Part shown: in pieces, positions 53,410-64,000 of the stretch | Layout: the number at the start of each line of letters is the position of its first letter | Position numbering within the stretch: position 1 is the stretch's first letter | Source of the DNA: Leptogorgia sarmentosa | Lineage: Eukaryota | Direction of reading: 5' to 3' | Assembly: GCA_964658305.1 (NCBI GenBank) | Contig: OZ210885.1 | Span: 2,914,001-2,978,000 of the forward strand | Length of the DNA stretch: 64,000 nucleotides | Notes under the pieces: model-generated | What the model was told of the DNA's origin: nothing | Seen by the model: the letters and a program-made list of their open reading frames with translations, nothing else | The model's database searches: none | Program-made: the position numbers and the translations under genes

Positions 53410-55589
53410 AAAAAAACATTTAAAAAATATCGCCAACGCAATGCAATACATTGTAGGAACAAACTGTTTTGCTCCTAAAATTTATCGCATTGCGTTCGCT
53501 GTCAGAAAATGAAAGATAACCGATTCAGACGGTTTTTCTTTGTAAACCATAGCAGTATTTATTAGTATATAAATATTATAAGGTTGGCAAGTAAACAATA
53601 ATGTGACTTACTACGGCTTACTAAAACAAGTCGAAAAAATCAACGTCTTGCCAACAAACGTCGCTAAAAAATAGCAGCCCCTACTTCTAGGATAGTGTTA
53701 CTAAATACATACAACGTTGAACGTTTTTTGGCAACAAAACGAGTGAAAAAGTCGAAAAAATACGAAAAATTTCTTTCAATTTGCCGTGTCTCGAAGCTGG
53801 ATGCCTTCTGACATCGCTGACGCGATCTTTTGTCGGTTTATTTATAACGAAGACAATGACGAAGACAATGACGAAGACAATGACGAACACTTCTGTCGTG
53901 ATACTTTTGTTGGCTTCACTTTTCGCTCTATGTTATCGTTCCAGATATAATATATAGAGTTCACTGATAATCCCCCTGTGGATTCATGTGATTCGTCATC
54001 ATTCCATGACAGCACTTGCTCCGTCCTCATGGTATTTACCACTGACCAGGCTCAAATCTGAGCCCACTGCCGTTTTCACACCCCTGTCTGCGAGACTGCG
54101 TGCGCAGATACAAAAATATGGTTTGATTCCTCCACCCTCAAAAAATTGTACTGTTCCCCAGAATTAAGACAATCGGAAGAAAGGACAGACACCAGGGGCC
54201 GGTTGTATCAAAGGCGTCAAGCTTAAGCGCTGGATAAGTCGAAAATATCCAACGAAATTATGAAGTATTGACTACAAGGAAACTAAACTTTTCTGTGTAA
54301 ACATAACAACTATGCATAGAGATAGAACTACACATTTAGTTGATAAAATTTAAATTCAATTATTTACAAAATGAATAGAAGTGTTTTTAAAATTTTGCTT
54401 ATCCACCGTTTAAGCTAAACGTCTTTGGTACAACCGGGCAGAACGCGAGCACATGGATTATGGAAATCGATGAGCAAAAACATGCGCGCGCAGCACAAAT
54501 TATTGTTCGACCGCACCCCTCATTTTCTAAAATGACCTGGAGGTTGCGAAATCCCCCCGGAATTATCATCCGGACAGAAACAAATCGAGATTTCGACTAT
54601 ACATAGTACCGCGCAAAAGACTGGGTCGAGTGAACTCTGGGAAATCCTTGTGACGTCAAGAATAGTGTGCTGACTCGCTGGCGCTCGGCAGCAATGAAAC
54701 TGAAAACGTATTGTGACTTGTCAAGGACTACAGTTTACGGAGGCAAACATTCTCGACAGTTCCACTGGTTGCCTCCGGATTCTTTCGTCTTCCGGTTTCT
54801 GTGAAAAGAGTTCATCAACATATTTACTTACTTAGCATTTTGATAAAGAAATGTATCTTCAAAAACGTGTTAATTTGATAATATAGTTCCAAGCAACACA
54901 ACCTTCACAACCTAACCTATATCAACTGATTTCATTGTTATCTCATACCGGGTAACTATTGAAATCCGCTAGTTTGTCAGAGCCGCCGCGCTCTTTTCCT
55001 TTTAAACTGATGGAAAACTATCACATCACACTAGTTTGAACTTTGCCTGATTTACATGCATGTTTTAAAGACATGCATGAGTGTTGGTTAGACTATTCTG
55101 CCTTAACTTAAGTCATGACAAACGATCGATTTTTCTTCACGTTTAATCTCTCTTTTAAAAGCAAAACGAATCTATCTTTTAATACGACGCCCGAAAAAAT
55201 AGTCCCCGCCCCTTATACCAATGTCAAATATTCACTTCCGGTTATCCGTGATTGTAGTAAATGAATGACGTATCATTGACATTTGAGAACACTACCATAT
55301 TAGGATGCATGCAAGGATGATAGACACTAAGGCACTAGTTACAGTGATAGATGTATTCTGGAGTAAAGCTTTGTGGTTAAATAATAAATATAAATAACGT
55401 AAAGGATATAATTATATTACAGTGATTTAAAATATTATATAAAAAATATCAATTTTTACATCCTTTACAACGAGTATTATTATAAGAACCAGGCAATGGA
55501 TGAGCTATTATAAAGCTATATATACATTTTACTTGTTTTTAAATCTACCACTCGCATATCACGGGCTGGAAACCGTGGTATTTGAAATT

Positions 55590-58500
55590 CAAAGAAATTC
55601 AAAAATTCGGTGCATCTCAATTCACGAGACTCAGTACGAAGGTCAAGACATAATTGCTCGTTTTTTTTTACCCCATTCTTTTTTTTAAAGGTAGGCGTGC
55701 TCTACTCTTCTTAGTGTTTCCCGTAGAAATATATAATTTGTAACCCTTCTCGGACAAATATATTTTGCCAAGGCAAAAAAATTGTCCTGAGCACATGATG
55801 CGGGACATCGTATTGGCGCAGATGGTGTTGCTTGGTAGGGCTCCTGAGAAGTGGAGAAGAAAATGTTATTAAAATTACTTTTCAATCAATCACATTACTC
55901 ACCAAAATATCATATATTCACATTTTTGAATTGCTAAATTTGAACTCACCTTTTGTTCTTCTCCAGTTTGTCCTTTGGAATTTTCCATGTTTTCCACTGG
56001 TCGCCTCCGGTTTTGTTCTTCATATCTGTAAAGAGAGTTCATCGAAATATTTATTACTTGGCATTTTGATAAACACATTTATCTTCAAAACACAACCCTC
56101 ACAAATAAAGCAACCTTCCAAACTATCAACCGATTTATTGTACATATCGCATACCGGGTAATGATTGAAATCTATATTTAATGTACAGACTGCGTGCACG
56201 ATAGTTAATGATTTAAGAAAACAAACTGACTGCTCATTACAATTTAGTGATTTAAAAGCAATTAATGGGATCAAACGATCAAACGATCTTCTCGCCCGTA
56301 TTTACAGGTCCGTAACTCCATCATTCCTTAGAATGAGTGACAGATGAAAAAGAGGCCACTGAGTAAACAACTACCAAGGTGTAAACATATCACACTAGTC
56401 TATCCCATGCACTCATGATGACATCATAGCTTATAAAAGACTTCGGAAGGTAATAATGACAAGTAAAACGAAAAGAGCATAAGTTTTCAAGCAGGTGTCT
56501 CTCCCTGCTTCTTCGTCGTTTTCTTCAAAGAAGAAAAATGCCTCAGCTCATGAAATTCAAATTCATTTGGAACATAATATTTGTGGAAAAATTGTCACCA
56601 ATGCCGAGACAGTTTTAAAGTCTGTTACCCTGGACCCATTGACAGACAGATCTAAATGTCGGGAAAGGAAATTAAGCATAACATGCACCCTGTAAGCCGG
56701 AAAGACCTACCCATCAGGGATATGAGGATATCATCAACTACGTGCATGCAGCAACGCTTCGCTAACATCAGTGAAAGAATGGGTCCATTTAGGCATCTAT
56801 TGCAATCTACATCACATAAACATGTCAATACTAGGTAAAGTGCTGTCAGTGCGTTCTATTTGTTCCTAACAACTTGCTATTTGGAATTATTTTGTTTTTA
56901 CACCTTTTATGGTCCTCTGCTCCATCCTTTACGTCAGTCCCTCTATCTAATGCAGTCGGTTGTGCACCAATGTCTGTCGTTTCAGACAACCCTATAACAC
57001 GTTCGGGAATCTAAAAACACAATTACTTTTGGTATAGTACTGATTCTATAAAAATTCCTAAAAAATGTTGGGGTGATAGCATAAAAAAGAACAATATAAC
57101 AATAATGTGCGTTTTATGATGTTTGGTATATTCTAATTTTTTAAATTCCAATATTTTTTTGTATCCGCATAGATTTTGCGTTATGCTAACGTTTGCTTGT
57201 TTTTGCGTTAATTACATTATGATTCGTTAATATTTAAAAATGATAAAAATACAGTCCTAAATTTACAAAAAAACATGAATTTACTGGTAAAAATATTGAA
57301 TATTTATTTATTTATATGTACCTCCATATCTAAATCCACGTTGTCTTTGCGGTGCACTGGAGTTTTCTCACTCATAATTGCACCATTCTCAGAATCCCTC
57401 TCTTCGTTAGTATTTCTGTTTGTTGAATACTGAAGCTAAACGAAATGACATTTTCAGAACACAGAATTTCATTGACATCATTTCATCGGAACCATTCTGT
57501 CGTCCTATATTTGTAAATTTTAAGATAGTCTAGAAGTTGTTTTTGAAGAAGGTCAACGAACCGCACAATGTTCAAGACAAAATCCAGTGTTTTTTTATGA
57601 TTGTCAATTACACCAAACAATTAAGAAATTATTTGATGAGGTTTTTGTGATATGCGGAATTATCAAGGTCGAGGTAAGCCTTATAATCAGCCGAGCCGAA
57701 TGTTTTATCATACATTTGAAGAATAATAAACAAAGTATTAACACATGAAAAACTTTATTTATGATATAAGCATAATAAGCATTGCATTTGTCTGTGTTAA
57801 TTAAATAGATACCGCTTGCTAATCATCGCAGGCTCATTTTGCAGACAACTCAATCATCTGCTGGCAGATAACTGGATTTTCTGTAGGTTGCGTGAAGCTC
57901 TTAGCCAATCAAATTGCTATTACCAATTACAATGTATAATAACTTAAGTTACATGCAAAATAATATACAGTTAGCATTGCATTTGTAAATACATCGATAC
58001 TGTACGTACCTGCTTTAATCGTTGGTGTTTTTCAACGAGTATTTTATTTTGCTTTCTTAGCGTTGTTACCTCCTTACAGAAGATACAGAAAGATTGTCAG
58101 TAACAAATCACAAAATTCCTGCCACCCAATCAGTTATCAATGAGTTCGATTAATTGGTGCCAGTACCTAGTACGTACATTGATAAACTTCGAATTGGCTA
58201 TCACTAATACCTAATGAACTAGCTCTTCCTGTTGAATGTAGTAATTCATGCTACTGTAATTTGTTTAAGTGTGTGTCAGAAAGTCAAGGTTTATATATAC
58301 TTCTTTCACCTTTTGCAAATATATAACCAAATCATGCTTTCCGACCATGCTCCTTAACCATGATCCTCAACCATGCCCTTGATCATGTTTCCTAACTAAT
58401 GCTCTTTAACTGTGCTTTAACCAAAACTTACCGGGAATAATGTTCAAGACAAAATCCAGTATATGACTGTGCGCATGTTTTTTTATGAAAATAATTAAGA

Positions 58501-60017
58501 AATTATTTGATGAGGTTTTTGTGATATGCGGAATTATCAAGGTCGAGGTAAGCCTTATCATCAGCCGAGCCGAATGTTTTATCATACATTTGAAGAATAA
58601 TAAACAAAGTATTAACACATGGAAAACTTTATTTGACGTATAGGTAATAGTATGGTTTCGAGTGCAATTTGGAATTAACATGCACGAGTGAGTTTTCCAA
58701 AGTCCTCAAAATAGCACGAGTCCGAAGAACGAGTGCTATTTGAGAGTTTTGAGGTCTTTGGAAAACTCACGAGTGTATGTTATCCAAATTGCACGAGAAA
58801 CCATACTCTTACTTGTTAATAGTTTGCATAAAAGTATTTGAGACAATTGTAGTTTTAACTGTCTCAAAGCGAAATTTCACCGGCAGAGTTTTCTTGCTTA
58901 GTTTATTTCACATTTTACAGCGATAACGGTTTCAAAAATTCACCCAAACACGTAACTTTTGTTAGTCTTGTTGGAGATAAACTTTTTTCCGTCATAAGAA
59001 AAAGCTAAAAGCTATATTTTCGACTCTAATTTGATTGGTTGAAAGTGATAACAATTGCACCGTGATAACACAAAATTGCACTGTGATAACATGTGCACGA
59101 AATTTTCACACTGTGATTACACAAAATTGCACTGTGATTACAGAAAATTGCACTGTGATTACACGAAATTGCACTGTGATTACAGAAAATTGCACTGTGA
59201 TTACAGAAAATTGCACTGTGATTACACGAAATTGCACTGTGATTACACAAAATTGTACTGTGATTACAGAAAATTGCACTGTGATAACACGAAATTGCAC
59301 TGTGATTACAGAAAATTGCACTGTGATTACAGAAAATTGCACTGTGATTACAAAAAATTGCACTGTGATTACAGAAAATTGCACTGTGATTTGGGATTAA
59401 CTGCACTGAAATGAACCAATTGGAGTCGAGTAATACTTTTATGTATATTAATAATGATATAATAAGCATTTGTCTGTGTTAATTAAATAGATACCGCTTG
59501 CTAATCATTGCAGGTTCATTTTGCAGACAACTCAGTCATCTGCTAGCAGATAACTGGATTTTCTGCATGTTGTGTGAAGCTCTTAGCCAATCAAATTGCT
59601 ATTACCAATTACAATGTATAATAACTTAAGTTACATGCAAAATAATACAGTTAGCATTGCATAAATTGTAAATACATCAATACTGTACGTACCTGCTTTA
59701 ATCGTTGGTTTCCTTCAACGAGTATTTTATTTTGCTTTCTTAGCGTTGTTACCTCCTTACAGAAGATACAGAAAGATTGTCAGTAACAAATCACAAAATT
59801 CCTACCACCCAATCAGTTATCAATGAGTTCGATTAATTGGTGCCAGGCCTTGTTCGTAAACTTCCAATTGGCTGTGATCACTAATAGCTAATGACCAGTA
59901 ATTCTTGCTACTATAATTTGCAGTAACATTGTAAAATATGTGCTGGCTAAATACACTGATGCATGTCTCCTTTAATTCTTGGTTTTCTACTGTCAGTTGC
60001 CTTTGCAACTGTTCAAC
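55590..60017 (-). pseudogene. Truncated copy of paralogue C, unit 3
   Basis: Same stop (55685) and deletion as unit 2. Confidence 0.85.
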
Positions 60018-61059
60018 CTTCAGAAGAGACAGACAGTCAGATTGTTACAAATCACAAAACCCAATCACTCATCAATGAGTTCGATTAATTGGTGTTCAAT
60101 GTAGGTAATTCTTGCTACTGTGCCTTAACCAAACCTTAATCATGCTTTCATTGTGCCTTTACCATACCCTTATCCTGCCATTACCGTGCTCCTTAACTAT
60201 GCTATTCAACCATGCTCATCAACCATTCTCCTTTAACCATTCTCCTTAACCATGCTTTAACTATGCCTTAATTGTACCTTAATCGTGCTGCTCAACTATG
60301 CTCCTCAACTGTGCTCTTTAACCATGCTTATGAGTTATGAAACAACTCTCTAACAATGTTCCTTAATTTACCATGCCTTAACTGTATCCTAACCATACCT
60401 TGACCATAATTTAACCGTCCCTTAATCATGCAAAAAACGGTGTCTCAACCATACCCATACTATGCCTTATAACCATCCCTTAACCGTACCTTCTTCACCA
60501 TACCTTAACCATGCCTTAACAGTACCTTAACCATACCTTAACTATGCATAAATGAATAGAATGGGAGTGTTTGTGTTCTAGTTGGTGCGTAATGATTCGA
60601 TGATATTCAGCCCTATTAATATGCAATATAGCGATTAAATTGCCAAATATTCTGTACTGTAATGGATTACATATACTGAATCTATGTATTGACTATTGAC
60701 AGACTAAGATCGACGATCACAACATTCTTAGTACATAATTATATCATTACTTACATTAACCTTTTCCAAATCCATATGTCGCAAAAGACCTCTGGCAAAA
60801 GACAATGATATCTAAATAAATACAGACATATTCAAACAATTATCTGACATTATACATCAAAACGGAAATATTAAATTCCAAAATAATAATGAACCTCCTT
60901 AAACAGATAATGTTAATGTAATACTACTCCAATTACGCACTGTACTAACAATTCCAAAACTTCACACACAAAAATGTTTACAAATGACATTACATGGGTT
61001 TTTTTCGTTTTTTTCTTCAATACTATCTTCAATATTATTTCGATTACTCAGCATAAAAA

Positions 61060-61073
61060 TCAGTGACAGTGAT
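61060..61073. other. hAT excision footprint TCAGTGA-CAGTGAT
   Basis: Both TSD copies are present, each missing one inner base. The unit offset changes by 5439 = 5437+8-6. Confidence 0.88.
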
Positions 61074-64000
61074 AAAAATATATATTCAAGCAGCTGGGAA
61101 AATTGAGGAAAATTGAGGTGGAAAATTGCTGGAAAATTGAGGAAATTGCAACAGCTGGGAAATTTGTGGCGCATGCGCTAGATTTGGCTTGCGTGGAATC
61201 CCACGAATAATGAACTCGCGCGCGAATTTCGAATGTCGTGGAAGCATAACAATAAGAAATTCCTATTCAAACTAATTAAATATTCATGATCCCGATGACG
61301 TCATTAGCAGTATATAATCCCCAGTGAACTCTTATCAGTTATCGACCTGGAACGAGGGGTATTCCACAAAAAAATACCCCGAGGAATGAAATATTCCGAG
61401 GGCGCAGCCCGAGGAATATTTCATTCCGAGGGGTATTTTTTTGTGGAATACCCCGAGTGAAAGGTCGATAACAGATATATTATACCGAAAATTTTTCATC
61501 TTCGACACATTCTGTGTTTTGTCGGCCATGTTGCCAAGGAAATTGCCCGCAAAACAGGCCAGGCAGGAGGTCAAAATCCAAGTAGAGGGGAATATAAAGT
61601 GGAATTACCCTCCCAAGGTCAAATCGAGGGAAATACCGTAAAAAATCACACTATCACGTGGTACAAATGCTGTTTTTTCATTGGACAATTTGAATTTGAG
61701 GTATAATATTATATAATAATATATATATCTGGAACGATAACATTCAGTCATTCAATGCGAAAAACGTGAAGCCTCGGTACTAGTCTTTTACGCGGTTTGG
61801 ACGTCAGCCTCAGTCCCTCAAACGTCAAGTTTACGCGGTTTGGACGTCAGTTTCATTCCCCCTCTGCAAACCGTTACGCGGCCAGTATAAATGCGAACGC
61901 AATCAAGAAAAAAACATTTAAAAAATATCGCCAACGCAATGCAATACATTGTAGGAACAAACTGTTTTGCTCCTAAAATTTATCGCATTGCGTTCGCTGT
62001 CAGAAAAAGAAAGATAACCGATTCAGACGGTTTTTCTTTGTAAACCATAGCAGTATTTATTAGTATATAAATATTATAAGGTTGGCAAGTAAACAATAAT
62101 GTGACTTACTACGGCTTACTAAAACAAGTCGAAAAAATCAACGTCTTGCCAACAAACGTCGCTAAAAAATAGCAGCCCCTACTTCTAGGATAGTGTTACT
62201 AAATACATACAACGTTGAACGTTTTTTGGCAACAAAACGAGTGAAAAAGTCGAAAAAATACGAAAAATTTCTTTCAATTTGCCGTGTCTCGAAGCTGGAT
62301 GCCTTCTGACATCGCTGACGCGATCTTTTGTCGGTTTATTTATAACGAAGACAATGACGAAGACAATGACGAAGACAATGACGAACACTTCTGTCGTGAT
62401 ACTTTTGTTGGCTTCACTTTTCGCTCTATGTTATCGTTCCAGATATAATATATAGAGTTCACTGATAATCCCCTGCTTGATTTGGCCGCCATTTTGGGTC
62501 AATGTGCATCGTAGGCACTGACCTATAAGAAGACTGGAGAGAGTGCACGCACTTTTTTTCAGATAAAAGAGTGAAGCCAAAATAATGGCGTGGATTCATG
62601 TGATTCGTCATCATTCCATGACAGCACTTGCTCCGTCCTCATGGTATTTACCACTGACCAGGCTCAAATCTGAGCCCACTGCCGTTTTCACACCCCTGTC
62701 TGCGAGACTGCGTGCGCAGATACAAAAATATGGTTTGATTCCTCCACCCTCAAAAAATTGTACTGTTCCCCAGAATTAAGACAATCGGAAGAAAGGACAG
62801 ACACCAGGGGCCGGTTGTATCAAAGGCGTCAAGCTTAAGCGCTGGATAAGTCGAAAATATCCAACGAAATTATGAAGTATTGACTACAAGGAAACTAAAC
62901 TTTTCTGTGTAAACATAACAACTATGCATAGAGATAGAACTACACATTTAGTTGATAAAATTTAAATTCAATTATTTACAAAATGAATAGAAGTGTTTTT
63001 AAAATTTTGCTTATCCACCGTTTAAGCTAAACGTCTTTGGTACAACCGGGCAGAACGCGAGCACATGGATTATGGAAATCGATGAGCAAAAACATGCGCG
63101 CGCAGCACAAATTATTGTTCGACCGCACCCCTCATTTTCTAAAATGACCTGGAGGTTGCGAAATCCCCCCGGAATTATCATCCGGACAGAAACAAATCGA
63201 GATTTCGACTATACATAGTACCGCGCAAAAGACTGGGTCGAGTGAACTCTGGGAAATCCTTGTGACGTCAAGAATAGTGTGCTGACTCGCTGGCGCTCGG
63301 CAGCAATGAAACTGAAAACGTATTGTGACTTGTCAAGGACTACAGTTTACGGAGGCAAACATTCTCGACAGTTCCACTGGTTGCCTCCGGATTCTTTCGT
63401 CTTCCGGTTTCTGTGAAAAGAGTTCATCAACATATTTACTTACTTAGCATTTTGATAAAGAAATGTATCTTCAAAAACGTGTTAATTTGATAATATAGTT
63501 CCAAGCAACACAACCTTCACAACCTAACCTATATCAACTGATTTCATTGTTATCTCATACCGGGTAACTATTGAAATCCGCTAGTTTGTCAGAGCCGCCG
63601 CGCTCTTTTCCTTTTAAACTGATGGAAAACTATCACATCACACTAGTTTGAACTTTGCCTGATTTACATGCATGTTTTAAAGACATGCATGAGTGTTGGT
63701 TAGACTATTCTGCCTTAACTTAAGTCATGACAAACGATCGATTTTTCTTCACGTTTAATCTCTCTTTTAAAAGCAAAACGAATCTATCTTTTAATACGAC
63801 GCCCGAAAAAATAGTCCCCGCCCCTTATACCAATGTCAAATATTCACTTCCGGTTATCCGTGATTGTAGTAAATGAATGACGTATCATTGACATTTGAGA
63901 ACACTACCATATTAGGATGCATGCAAGGATGATAGACACTAAGGCACTAGTTACAGTGATAGATGTATTCTGGAGTAAAGCTTTGTGGTTAAATAATAAA

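Larger units (their letters stand above)
25779..64000. repeat. Tandem segmental-duplication array: unit 1 25779-40493, unit 2 40494-55043, unit 3 55044-63655, unit 4 63656 to window end
   Basis: Each unit starts TGCCTGATTTACATGCATG. Identical ORFs recur at stepwise offsets, and the length differences match identified indels. Confidence 0.95.

Overview
AT-rich, intron-containing animal DNA, probably an anthozoan cnidarian (inferred from gene and repeat content). (1) An intact hAT transposase (7-2355), whose right TIR at 2643 cuts into an exon of a + strand six-exon receptor gene (SUEL lectin, FN3, RPTP-like juxtamembrane domain, TM, Tyr-motif tail). (2) A - strand tandem family of coiled-coil proteins with a ~200-aa C-terminal domain showing a Cys/His/DxQ pattern like papain-fold (Tox-PL/OspI-type) enzymes: three intact copies plus pseudogenes, with signs of diversifying selection. 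(3) A tandem array of near-identical 8.6-14.7 kb units from 25779 to the window end. The array holds a nest of hAT-type MITEs. Two MITE copies form a bacterial-style composite transposon carrying three in-phase exons of a PAN/fibrinogen gene. It sits inside another MITE that is loaded in units 1 and 2, present empty at a new site in unit 2, and excised with a footprint in unit 3. Several unrelated repeats carry long strand-specific hairpins with CGAG/CGAG (tandem G-A) mismatches and GNA triloops, suggesting ssDNA-folding elements. All calls are by eye; no searches were run.
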